From Neptunomonas sp. (GTDB lineage Bacteria; Pseudomonadota; Gammaproteobacteria; Pseudomonadales; Balneatricaceae), in the NCBI RefSeq assembly GCF_041601355.1, contig NZ_JBFIIH010000005.1, forward strand, positions 5 through 64,004: a stretch of DNA of 64,000 nucleotides, given 5' to 3'. The notes beneath the pieces were generated by a model. The model saw nothing but the letters and a program-made list of their open reading frames with translations. It searched no databases and was not told the DNA's origin. Positions 1 through 9,255 of this stretch are shown in pieces. Positions within the stretch are counted from its first letter, which is position 1. Each line of letters begins with the position of its first letter. Made by a program: the position numbers and the translations under genes.

Positions 1-922
1 CGGACTGACGAAAATAATTCAGTTTATCCCAGGGAACCTGAGCCGTATCACCTTGGGCATACTGCGTTACCGTCTCCAGCCAGCCGGGCAAATTACGTTT
101 GCTGTAACGGCGCTTATTAATCCCGGATGTCTCAACTAAAGGGGCCAGATCAGCGACAGATGCCAGCCACAGTGGCTTAAATTGCTGTAATGCTTCTTTT
201 TCCGCCAGCCAGCCCTGCTGCAAATCAAACTGGCTATAATCCGGTTCCTGGATCAGCTCATGGATACTTAAAAAACTGCGGATTGCCGGCAATAACAGAT
301 CTGGGGTTTTGAACTGGTGTAACATTTCACCCGCCAATTCATACGGTGCCTGGTAAAATGCATCACGCCAATAATCCAATAACGCCTGACGAATCAGCGG
401 AGCATCATCCGTAGTCAGTTCCTGGTTAAAGAGCGCACCACTTTCAAACGCATGTTGCTTGAGCATCCGTTGGCAAAAACCATGGATAGTAAAGATTGCC
501 GCCTGATCCATTTCAGCTGCCGCCAGTTCAAGCAAGCGGGCTTTATCCTGATGAGCCGATGTGTGTTCAAGCAAGCGAGCCAGTAATGGATCGTCACTTT
601 CCCCCGCCAGGAAGGCTTTCCGGGCTTCCCGGATACGTTGCCGGATCCTGTCCCGCAACTCCTGCGTAGCCGCTTCGGTAAAGGTCACCACCAGAATCTG
701 CTCAACGCCAAGCGGCATCTGATTGCTTGCATTCTCAGGGCTGTTATCAGGGCTGTTTTCAGAGCCAGGCTCAGGGCTGTTTTCAGGGCTATTACCTAAA
801 CCCAGCAATAAACGCAGATACAAGGCCGCCAGTGTGTAAGTTTTACCGGTACCGGCACTGGCTTCAATTAAGCACTGGCCATGAATCGGCAGCGTCAGTG
901 GATCAAGCAGCTTAATGGTCAT
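1..922 (-). CDS. recB: Exodeoxyribonuclease V beta subunit RecB, N-terminal part (gene runs off the window start)
   Basis: Absent from the ORF track because it is open at the window edge. My minus-strand translation from the ATG at 922 reads MTIKLLDPLTLPIHGQCLIEASAGTGKTYTLAALYLRLLLG...ILVVTFTEAATQELRDRI...AAIFTIHGFCQRMLKQHAFESG. This shows the Walker A motif and the following UvrD/RecB helicase motifs. The start overlaps the recC stop by 11 nt. Confidence 0.9.
   Translation of the reverse strand, partial: MTIKLLDPLTLPIHGQCLIEASAGTGKTYTLAALYLRLLLGLGNSPENSPEPGSENSPDNSPENASNQMPLGVEQILVVTFTEAATQELRDRIRQRIREARKAFLAGESDDPLLARLLEHTSAHQDKARLLELAAAEMDQAAIFTIHGFCQRMLKQHAFESGALFNQELTTDDAPLIRQALLDYWRDAFYQAPYELAGEMLHQFKTPDLLLPAIRSFLSIHELIQEPDYSQFDLQQGWLAEKEALQQFKPLWLASVADLAPLVETSGINKRRYSKRNLPGWLETVTQYAQGDTAQVPWDKLNYFRQS
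734..793. repeat. 5 x 12-bp in-frame tandem repeat inside recB (tcagggctgtt[at]-type units)
   Basis: Units at 734-745, 746-757, 758-769, 770-781 and 782-793. On the coding strand they encode NSPENSPEPGSENSPDNSPE, just after LRLLLG. Confidence 0.85.
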
Positions 923-3900
923 CGTTATCCACTTCCAGATAGTTCATCATTTCACTAAACAGCTGTTCTGAATAAGCGAAAACACCCGGCTCAATCATGC
1001 GCCATTCAGGATAAACTCTGCGTACGTAGGGGTTGCTGGCATCCCCCCCCCGATCACTGTCAAAGCGGTTTTGTGCTTCTTTACGCGCTTTTTCTTCATC
1101 TTTATCACGCAGACTTAACCACTTCCACGCGGGCTCAGGTATCCAGTTCAGCGGGAAGCGCTGCCCCTCAAGGTAGATGTTGATCAGCTTGCTTAACTCA
1201 GCATGCGCCAATTCAGCAGTCATGGGTGTAAAGCTGAACTGCTCGCTCAAGCCTCGATAGGTAGTGCGCTCACTGTAGCCAGCAGCGCAGCTGGCCAGAT
1301 GTTGCACCCAGGTCATAAAACGATGCCTTCCTGATACTTTGGAGACATCATATTTCAACACCCCGATATCGTAGATATCATTCACCCAGCCTTGTAGTTC
1401 CAGAGAATCCGGCAGATTAAAGCGTAAATTAATCTCGCGCCGACGCGGTTCACCCACCATCAATGGCTGCATTTTTTCGTAAAGTTCAGCAATATCATGA
1501 GTTCGCTTAGACAATTCCACATCGCCGGCTTTACCCACGGGTAAGATACCCGACTGGCGAATAAAGTGAGCAGTTGCCTGCAAACCATCGCCGCGAAGTG
1601 CCGATTGCAATAGTTTCCTGCGTAACTGGTAATCGATTAACGGCGCTAAACTAAAAGGCTCTTCATCAGATAACACCAATTCATCATCACGAAAGAAGAT
1701 CTGCATGCGCTTCTGGAAAAAGTACTGAATCGGGTGCCGATAAAAAGCGATCAAATCATCCAGCTCTAACAAGGGGTTTTCAATTTTCTGTAATTTACCC
1801 TTAATAAAAGAGGCTGATGTCAGCGTCGACAGATCCGTTGGGATCATCCAGCGATTGTTATAACTAAACAGGCGCGGCGACGTTTGATCGAAGTAGCCGG
1901 GGCTATAAGCGGTTAACGGGTGCTCCAGTAAAAGATGCTCAAACAGGCTTTCAGGCGCTTGCCCCTCAATCCGATACGCCTGATCGCAGTACTCCAGCAC
2001 TTCGCTGACCAGAACCGAGGGCACACGCTTTGCATTATCCGCAATCGATCGTCCAACATAACTGATATACAAGGTATCACGCGCCGAGAGCAACGCTTCA
2101 AGAAACAGGTAGCGATCATCATCACGCCGAGACCTGTCCCCTTTGCGCGGATGATCCACCATCAGATCAAACCCCATTGGCGGGATAGAGCGAGGATAGT
2201 CACTATCATTCATACCCAGCAGACAGACCACACTAAAGGGAATGGCCCGCATCGGCATGAGTGTGCAAAAGTTGATCTGTCCCGACAAGAAGCGCTGTGA
2301 TGAGCGCTGGCTGGATAACTGCTCATGCAAATAATCCTGCACGATAGCGACATCAATATCTTTTTCAAAAGCCACTTCCTGAAAGGTTTCACGCAATGAC
2401 TCCAGCGCCCGATAGATAAGTTCAAGCGCTTCATGGTCACGCTCATCCGGCAGATACATCGCCTCTATCATCTGCTGAATCAATGCAATCCAGCCGGTCA
2501 ACGACTGAGCACCCGAAAACTGTGTGCGTAACTGCTGCAACTGCTGTAAAAAAGCGGATAACTGGCCTAATGCCGCCGACGCCAGGCCGCCTACACCATC
2601 GTAAGGCGAGATATCATTCCAGACGGCATCTGTCGTGCCAATGGCATAACCGCTAAACAACCTGTCCATGCCAAAGCGCCAGCTATTTTGCTCAAAACCT
2701 ACACTGCCGCTATCAATACGTGACGTTTGATCCAGCCCCCAATGAATACCCGTTTCGTTGATCCACTGGCGGATATTTTCAAACGCCTCCTGCTCCAGCT
2801 CAAAGCGCTTTAAGGTCGCAGGTAGTTCCAGTAGCTCAATCACTTGTGAAACACTGAAACGACTTTTACTTAAGGATATTAACTGCAGGAAACTGCTTAA
2901 CAGCGGTATTTCCTGCTCGGCTGATCTGTCAGAAATAGAATAAGGCAGATAATGCGCGGCAGCGGCATTGCCAAATACCGCATCAATATACGGCGCATAA
3001 CGGGCCACATCCGGCATCATGACAATGATATCCCTCGGCTTTAAATCAGCTTTATCACTGAACATTGCCAACAGCTGATCCTGCAAGATCTCCACTTCAC
3101 GTAACGCACTATGTGCTGAATGCAACTGAATACTCTGATCAGTATCCGCGAAGGTGATTACCGGGTCGCCGGGATTGATACCCGCGTGCGGCTCATTTCC
3201 ACGATTAGTCAGCTCCAGCATGTCAGACTGTAATGCGCTCAGCAGTGTGTCATACCGGGCATCATTAAAAAGTGCGACTTCCGGTAGCTCCATCTGCTGG
3301 ATCAGGTGCAGATAATCCCGCCCCAACTTTCCCATTGATGCCAATAAAGGATGGCCGGTTTGATAAGTTTCATCAGCATCCTGCCCTTTAGAAAGCCAGA
3401 TACGATTCAGACGCGCCAGATAACCCGGATCGACGATATCGCCCCAGTAATGCCGACAGGGGTTCGCCAACATCAGATGTACTTCTACTTTTTGCCCTAA
3501 TGCACCCAGTGCTTCGATATAGTTCTGCGGTAATGCAGAAATACCAAACACAAAGATCCGCCGTGGCACACCCGCCAATATGGTTTTGCTCTCTGAAAGT
3601 GCTTTGATAAAGGTGTCATACATATTGGCACGATGCCAATGCGGAAGTTCTCGGTTGTGCGTGTCTTCAACGATCGCCCGCCATAATGCTGGCTGCCAAC
3701 GCTGATCTGCTTCTGAAGCAGGCTGATCATCACCCTGCTCCCACGCAGCAATCCAGTCGGGCCGATAAACAAGATACTGATCAAACAGATCGGCGACCCG
3801 CTCACACAGATGGTAGAGCCGCAGAGGGTCATCATCTTCCTGAAGATACTGTCGCAGCACACTAAACAGATCACTGTCGAGGTACTGTGGAAGAATCCGC

Positions 3901-4187
3901 ATCAACACCCAGGTCATTGAGGCTTTGTTATAGGCGGAACGTTCCGGCACATCATCCAGTGCCGCAACAAAGACTTTCCACAAAAAACTGGCGGGTAAAG
4001 GAAACTCTATATTAGCAGCGATACCCAAACGTTCGGCAAGCTCCAATTTCAGCCACTGAGCCATACCCGGGCTCTGAACTAAAATCTGCTCTGCAACAAA
4101 AGGATCAGATTGCGGGTCCTGCCTGATCATCTCCACCAATACATCGCGCAACGTATCCAGCGCGTTAGAATGATAAACCCTTAGCAT
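912..4187 (-). CDS. recC: Exodeoxyribonuclease V gamma subunit RecC
   Basis: 1091-aa ORF. The N-terminus MLRVYHSNALDTLRDVLVEMI...EQILVQSPGMAQWLKLELAERLGIAANIEFPLPASFLW is typical of RecC. It lies directly upstream of, and overlaps, recB. Confidence 0.95.
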   Translation of the reverse strand: MLRVYHSNALDTLRDVLVEMIRQDPQSDPFVAEQILVQSPGMAQWLKLELAERLGIAANIEFPLPASFLWKVFVAALDDVPERSAYNKASMTWVLMRILPQYLDSDLFSVLRQYLQEDDDPLRLYHLCERVADLFDQYLVYRPDWIAAWEQGDDQPASEADQRWQPALWRAIVEDTHNRELPHWHRANMYDTFIKALSESKTILAGVPRRIFVFGISALPQNYIEALGALGQKVEVHLMLANPCRHYWGDIVDPGYLARLNRIWLSKGQDADETYQTGHPLLASMGKLGRDYLHLIQQMELPEVALFNDARYDTLLSALQSDMLELTNRGNEPHAGINPGDPVITFADTDQSIQLHSAHSALREVEILQDQLLAMFSDKADLKPRDIIVMMPDVARYAPYIDAVFGNAAAAHYLPYSISDRSAEQEIPLLSSFLQLISLSKSRFSVSQVIELLELPATLKRFELEQEAFENIRQWINETGIHWGLDQTSRIDSGSVGFEQNSWRFGMDRLFSGYAIGTTDAVWNDISPYDGVGGLASAALGQLSAFLQQLQQLRTQFSGAQSLTGWIALIQQMIEAMYLPDERDHEALELIYRALESLRETFQEVAFEKDIDVAIVQDYLHEQLSSQRSSQRFLSGQINFCTLMPMRAIPFSVVCLLGMNDSDYPRSIPPMGFDLMVDHPRKGDRSRRDDDRYLFLEALLSARDTLYISYVGRSIADNAKRVPSVLVSEVLEYCDQAYRIEGQAPESLFEHLLLEHPLTAYSPGYFDQTSPRLFSYNNRWMIPTDLSTLTSASFIKGKLQKIENPLLELDDLIAFYRHPIQYFFQKRMQIFFRDDELVLSDEEPFSLAPLIDYQLRRKLLQSALRGDGLQATAHFIRQSGILPVGKAGDVELSKRTHDIAELYEKMQPLMVGEPRRREINLRFNLPDSLELQGWVNDIYDIGVLKYDVSKVSGRHRFMTWVQHLASCAAGYSERTTYRGLSEQFSFTPMTAELAHAELSKLINIYLEGQRFPLNWIPEPAWKWLSLRDKDEEKARKEAQNRFDSDRGGDASNPYVRRVYPEWRMIEPGVFAYSEQLFSEMMNYLEVDNDDH

Positions 4188-4200
4188 GATCCGATCCTTT

Positions 4201-4228
4201 GATGCCTGATGCCTGATGCCTGATACTG
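4201..4228. repeat. Heptanucleotide tandem repeat (GATGCCT x3 plus a degenerate 4th copy)
   Basis: gatgcct gatgcct gatgcct gatactg, read directly. It lies between the 77-aa ORF stop (4230) and the recC start (4187). Confidence 0.7.
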
Positions 4229-4229
4229 G

Positions 4230-4463
4230 TTAATCTGTCTGGGCTGCCTGGACTGGCGGTAAGCTGTCTGTTTCAGGCGGGCTTACCCGCTTATCTACAA
4301 ACACAAACCCCTCCTCGACACTCCAGACATCTTTCCCCTGTTCAACCCTGATAACGCCGCTGAAACGCTTACCCAAATAGGTTACTGCCTCTTCCAGTGT
4401 ATCGATGTCGCACAACATCACACCGCCTCGGTCATCTTCCGTAGAAAACAGAAAACTCTTCAT
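4230..4463 (-). CDS. Hypothetical small acidic protein (77 aa)
   Basis: ORF on the same strand as recC and 42 nt upstream of it. I recognise no motif, so coding status is uncertain. Confidence 0.35.
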   Translation of the reverse strand: MKSFLFSTEDDRGGVMLCDIDTLEEAVTYLGKRFSGVIRVEQGKDVWSVEEGFVFVDKRVSPPETDSLPPVQAAQTD

Positions 4464-4666
4464 GTTATCCCCTGATTTTCAGCATGACGGCGCCTGTTAT
4501 ATAAGCGCTATCACTATTATTTAGCAGGTATTCAGCATGTGGCTTCACACACATAAATTTATTCATGCATCTTACTGGAACTCAATTACAGCAGCCATTG
4601 ATAAATAATTGTTTTATGTGAGAATATGGCTTTTTTAAGCTGTCAGAATTGACGCAGGACCCCCTT

Positions 4667-6916
4667 ATGCAACACTCATTGGCGACACTCACAACACTGG
4701 TTCAGGAGATTTCGGGTGCTGAAAATGCCATGAGTGCAATGCAAACTATTGTGGCGCGTCTTAGTCAGCTAATGGATGTACCGGTCTGCAGTCTGTACCT
4801 CAAGTCCCCGTCACGCTCCAAATTAATTCTGGCAGCCACTCAGGGGCTATCTGAATCATCGGTAGGCAAAATAAAATTAAATCTTAATGAGGGGCTTGTC
4901 GGCGTTATTGCATCAACAAAGCACCCTCTGAACCTTGCAGATGCTCCAACACATGATCAGTTTGTCTTTTTTCCCCAAGCGCATGAAGCGCCCTACCGTC
5001 AATTTATGGGTGTCCCTCTTATCCACTTACGTCAGTTGATTGGGGTCATTGTTGTTCAGGGAACAACCAAAAAGGAGTTCTCACAAGAAGCAGAAGCCTT
5101 CCTCGTCACCATTGCATCGCAACTGGCAGCCACACTCTATAATATTCAGAGATCAGGCGAGTGGATCCCAACCCGCCGTCCCGCTAAGCTGTATAAACGC
5201 TTCAACGGCATCGTCAGCTCATCCGGCATCGGCATTGGTGACCTCACCCATATCAACACGCATATTGATCTGCTCCAGGTTCCTGAAAAAATAAGCGGAT
5301 CACCCAAGGATGAACAGAACCTTTTTGAAGCCGCCTTGCAAAAAGTCAGCGACGATCTGGAGCATGGCGCAAACCGTATAAAAAAAGACCTGCCTGAAGA
5401 TATTGTTTCTCTCTTTTCAGTCTATCGGATGATGCTACAGAGCCCGGAACTTCGCGATGGTACAATGCGAGAAATCCAGCTCGGCAACAGCGCTATGTGG
5501 TCGGTTCGCAAAACCGCACTTGAGCTCGCTACTGTTTTCGAAATGGCCGATGACCCCTATATGAAAGCACGCGGAGAAGATGTTCGCAATATCGCGATCA
5601 AGCTAATGATGCAGATGGCCAAACGTGAACGCTCGACCTCACCTGACAGCCTTACACCTATTATTTTAGCCGGCGATCTGATCAGTATTGCCGATCTATC
5701 TGAGTACAGCTCAACTCAAATTAAAGGTATTATCTGCAGCTCTGGTTCAGCCTTATCGCATACGTCCATTGTTGCCAATGCACTCGGGTTGCCCGCCGTA
5801 ATGGGCGTCGCTGACCTCGATATTAAACGCTACGCCGGTCAACTTGTAGTCATTGACGGGAACCGTGGCGAAGTGGTCATTTCTCCTCCCAAACAGATGG
5901 TTAAAGAGTACCGCCAACTCGAGAAAAGTGATCAGCAATTCAACCAGGAGCTAGCCAAATACAGAGACCTGCCAGCCGTTACCCTGGATGGTTTCCATGT
6001 AACACTGCATACTAATACCGGTCTGCTGGCCGATGTATCCCCCGGTTTACGTAATGGTGCAGAAGGCATAGGTTTATACCGCTCTGAAATTCCTTTTATG
6101 GTGCATGACAGCTTCCCCACTGAAGAGGAGCAATACTTAACTTATAAAGAAGTTATTGATGCTTATAGCCCTCGCCCTGTTTCCATGAGAACACTGGATA
6201 TTGGCGGAGACAAACAACTCCCCTATTTCGAATTCAAGGAAGAAAACCCCTACCTGGGCTGGAGAGGCATTCGTTTTACACTGGATAATACGGCGCTTCA
6301 GGTTACGCAGATCCGTGCGATGTTACGGGCGGCTCATGGGCGCGACAATTTACAGATTCTGATCCCCATGGTCAGTCGTATCGACGAAGTCAAAGCCATT
6401 AAAGAGCTGATCCAGCAGTCTTTGGTAGAACTTAACAAGGAAGGAAAACAGGTCAGCAAACCTAAATTAGGTATTATGATAGAAGTACCCTCTGCCATGC
6501 TTCTGTTAGACAAAATCGCACCCTATATTGATTTTGTCTCAATCGGTTCAAACGATCTGACCCAATACCTATTAGCAGTAGATCGTAACAACCCCAAAGT
6601 TTCGCGGTTATTTGACAACCTGAATCCAGCTGTTTTAGTTGCTCTGCAAATGATTAAAAGCAAATGTACTGAGTTGAATTTATCGGTGTCCTTATGCGGA
6701 GAAATGGCAGCAGACCCTGCCTCGGTCCTTTTATTAATTGCCATGGGATTTGATCGCCTCAGCCTCAGCGCACATAAGATCCCTAAAATTAAATGGATCA
6801 TTCGCCAACTGAAAAGAGAAGATCTGTTAAAACTTCTTACCAAAGCAAATGCGGCTGAAGATGAAGCAGAGGTTCGAAAAGTGCTTTCAAAGAAAATCAA
6901 AGAACTTGGGCTATAG
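4667..6916 (+). CDS. ptsP: Phosphoenolpyruvate-protein phosphotransferase PtsP (EI-Ntr) with an N-terminal GAF domain
   Basis: The GAF-like N-terminus (VCSLYL...GLVGVIA...FMGVPLIHLRQLIGVIVVQ) is followed by a PEP-utilising enzyme core (GIICSSGSALSHTSIVANALGLPAV, GIGLYRSEIPFM, SIGSNDLTQYLLAVDR). The ATG at 4667 is preferred over the TTG at 4649 by length comparison with E. coli PtsP. Confidence 0.9.
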   Translation: MQHSLATLTTLVQEISGAENAMSAMQTIVARLSQLMDVPVCSLYLKSPSRSKLILAATQGLSESSVGKIKLNLNEGLVGVIASTKHPLNLADAPTHDQFVFFPQAHEAPYRQFMGVPLIHLRQLIGVIVVQGTTKKEFSQEAEAFLVTIASQLAATLYNIQRSGEWIPTRRPAKLYKRFNGIVSSSGIGIGDLTHINTHIDLLQVPEKISGSPKDEQNLFEAALQKVSDDLEHGANRIKKDLPEDIVSLFSVYRMMLQSPELRDGTMREIQLGNSAMWSVRKTALELATVFEMADDPYMKARGEDVRNIAIKLMMQMAKRERSTSPDSLTPIILAGDLISIADLSEYSSTQIKGIICSSGSALSHTSIVANALGLPAVMGVADLDIKRYAGQLVVIDGNRGEVVISPPKQMVKEYRQLEKSDQQFNQELAKYRDLPAVTLDGFHVTLHTNTGLLADVSPGLRNGAEGIGLYRSEIPFMVHDSFPTEEEQYLTYKEVIDAYSPRPVSMRTLDIGGDKQLPYFEFKEENPYLGWRGIRFTLDNTALQVTQIRAMLRAAHGRDNLQILIPMVSRIDEVKAIKELIQQSLVELNKEGKQVSKPKLGIMIEVPSAMLLLDKIAPYIDFVSIGSNDLTQYLLAVDRNNPKVSRLFDNLNPAVLVALQMIKSKCTELNLSVSLCGEMAADPASVLLLIAMGFDRLSLSAHKIPKIKWIIRQLKREDLLKLLTKANAAEDEAEVRKVLSKKIKELGL

Positions 6917-7071
6917 GACAAGATAATCTCTGAAAACATGACCGCTAGACTATATTTTAAAATTTTCCAGTAAAATAAAAAATAAAATCACGCTAAAGCC
7001 ATCTATTCCTAGAAGGGGTTACTCTTTTTCTTTAAGATGTTTTAAAAATCAAACTGCAACCAGGTAGTATC

Positions 7072-7479
7072 GTGCAGCCAAAAACAGCTATACCCACTGA
7101 TAATATCTATAAATTCTATGCTTTATCGGGACTTGTTTCGACTATCGTTTTAGTCGTTCTTTTTTTTCAGCTAAATGAAGAATATAACCGCAGGGTTTTC
7201 GATCGTTACCTGCAAACATCAGCGCTTCAGGGAATTATAACACCGACTCTGGAGCAGAAAGTGACACTACATGTGTTAGAGCGTCAGTCTGACTTAGATG
7301 CTTCCAACAAACAGTTTTATTCTATCTCGCTTGGTGTATTCATTAGCTGGAGTTTAATAGCCATGATAACCGGATTCTGGCAATGGCATACCAAAATCCA
7401 GCCTATACATACTGAAATTTGTCGTCATCAACTGATAAAGCTAAAGCACGAAATTGTTCGCTTAAAAAGAAACCTGTAA
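7072..7479 (+). CDS. Hypothetical membrane protein with two predicted TM helices and a basic coiled C-terminal tail
   Basis: 135-aa ORF with a GTG start. Hydrophobic stretches are LSGLVSTIVLVVLFF and ISLGVFISWSLIAMITGFW. The flanks are visibly AT-rich. Confidence 0.45.
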   Translation: MQPKTAIPTDNIYKFYALSGLVSTIVLVVLFFQLNEEYNRRVFDRYLQTSALQGIITPTLEQKVTLHVLERQSDLDASNKQFYSISLGVFISWSLIAMITGFWQWHTKIQPIHTEICRHQLIKLKHEIVRLKRNL

Positions 7480-7535
7480 CGCCAGCAAACTGTCGAACTT
7501 AACACTGGCCTACTGCCAACAAGCCCGACAGTCTG

Positions 7536-8717
7536 CTAGCGAACCATTTCAACTGCTTGCTGCATTTTTTTTGAAAACACCGCAATAATCAACATAGCCC
7601 ACACAAGCACCGGTATCATAAGAACGTTCATGGTTTCCCAACCCATGCTGACTTCAAGCCAGCCAGAACTGAGGGCTGATAATGTCACCATACCAAACAC
7701 CAGAAACTCATTAGTTGCCTGAGTTTTTGCACGTTCCTGATGGGTATATGCCCCAGTCACCATACTCGTCGCACTGATAAACATAAAGTTCCAGCCCAGC
7801 CCTAATAAGAACAGAGCGCTCCAGAAATGCCATTCAGACTGACCATTCAGGTTAATAAAGATACAAAGCAGCATAACTAACCCGCCCAACATCATCATAC
7901 AAACAGAACCAAACCTTTGTATCAAACGCCCGGTAAAAAACGAAGGCAAAAACATACCCAGCACATGCCATTCGATGACCCAAGCCATCTGAGGAAAGGA
8001 AAAACCACACCGCGCCATCGCCAATGGTGTAGCCGTCATGAGTAAGTTCATGACGGTATAGCTGGCCATTGCAGCGACAACGGCGACAATAAACACTGGC
8101 TGCATAACAATTTCAAATAACGGACGCGACGGCCCTTTCTCTGCTTCTGCATTGACTGGCCGGGGAATAGAGACGCCGCTCAGCAACAAAAGCGCCAGAC
8201 TATATAAACCCATTAACCCGACAAATGATCCTACAAACTCTTGCGATGAGATCCAATCACGGCTTTCAACTGCCAGCGCAGGCCCCATAATGGCGGCCAG
8301 CACCCCACCTAACATAACCATCGAAATTGCACGATTTTTTTGTTCAGGCCGACATGCCTCAACAGCAGCAAAACGATATAAGGTGCCAAAACCAATACCC
8401 ACACCCAATAATGTAGTTCCCACACAAAAAATGAAAAAATTCTGATATAACAGCGCAACCGCAGAGATAACAGCCCCCATAATACCGAGCGAATTACCCA
8501 GATAAAAACCATTGCGTCGGCCAATCCGCTGCATGATGAGAGAAGCCGGAATGGTTGCCAACATTAACCCGATAAACTGCATGGCGATAGGTAATGTGAT
8601 CAGTGCATCAGACGGCGATAACGATTGACCAATCAAGCCATTAACCGATATTAAAAGCACATTACCTGTTCCGAGCAAAGCCTGACACAATGATAATAAT
8701 ACGACGCTCCGGTTCAT
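7536..8717 (-). CDS. MFS transporter
   Basis: About 12 hydrophobic segments and a typical MFS loop (IMQRIGRRNGFYLG). Start set at MNRSVVLLSLCQ rather than at the upstream extension of the ORF. Confidence 0.8.
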   Translation of the reverse strand: MNRSVVLLSLCQALLGTGNVLLISVNGLIGQSLSPSDALITLPIAMQFIGLMLATIPASLIMQRIGRRNGFYLGNSLGIMGAVISAVALLYQNFFIFCVGTTLLGVGIGFGTLYRFAAVEACRPEQKNRAISMVMLGGVLAAIMGPALAVESRDWISSQEFVGSFVGLMGLYSLALLLLSGVSIPRPVNAEAEKGPSRPLFEIVMQPVFIVAVVAAMASYTVMNLLMTATPLAMARCGFSFPQMAWVIEWHVLGMFLPSFFTGRLIQRFGSVCMMMLGGLVMLLCIFINLNGQSEWHFWSALFLLGLGWNFMFISATSMVTGAYTHQERAKTQATNEFLVFGMVTLSALSSGWLEVSMGWETMNVLMIPVLVWAMLIIAVFSKKMQQAVEMVR

Positions 8718-8912
8718 GCGCTTTCCCTGATTAAATATAAGCCGGTGGGGCAGTATGACAATTGAAGCGCATATCAGCAATTGATGATATACCTAAATTC
8801 AACAACCGACTGTTGCTAAAATTGTATACAGAAGATCAGGGATTATACCCCCGGCAACGAGACCTAAGCTGAACGCATGCATGCTTCTCTGATCCATGCA
8901 GAGGTCACATAA

Positions 8913-9101
8913 GCTAACAACCCATTTAACCTTATAAAATTTTTCTCACTGCGCAAAAGCTCTGGAATAGAAAATATTGACGGCTACAGTGACAGGGGTA
9001 CAGCCTTAAACGCTATCCAGCTTCACATACCGGATATCGTACTTTCGTCGATGCACTTACCTGATATGACAGGTACTGATCTTTGCTGTAAACCGATCTG
9101 A
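8913..9101 (+). pseudogene. Relic of a CheY-like receiver domain with no start codon and degenerate acidic pocket
   Basis: Open frame after the TAA at 8910: ANNPFNLIKFFSLRKSSGIENIDGYSDRGTALNAIQLHIPDIVLSSMHLPDMTGTDLCCKPI*. It follows the receiver pattern (kiLivDD..R..l...L...GY.v..a.dG.eAL......PDlvlsDm.mPdMdG.eL). DD is replaced by FF, the phospho-accepting Asp is lost, and the frame is truncated after beta3/alpha3. Confidence 0.4.
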
Positions 9102-9194
9102 TATGACATTTTCAATAATATGATTACACAGCTGGTACTCAATCATGACACCTTGTAACTCATTCGGGATTCATTTTCACTTTATTAGCACATA

Positions 9195-9220
9195 AAAACG
9201 CCCGTTTATCCGGGCGTTTT
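9195..9220 (-). terminator. Rho-independent terminator, symmetric and usable on both strands
   Basis: aaaacgcccg-tttatc-cgggcgtttt has GC-rich arms flanked by A and T runs. It lies 36 nt downstream of the chemoreceptor stop. Confidence 0.65.
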
Positions 9221-9255
9221 AGCATATCTTTTACCACATTACAGAAGGTGAAGCG

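Noticed and set aside
1913-3874. Multiple 60-125-aa ORFs on both strands inside recC
   Set aside because: They are nested within the 1091-aa recC frame and have no independent support.
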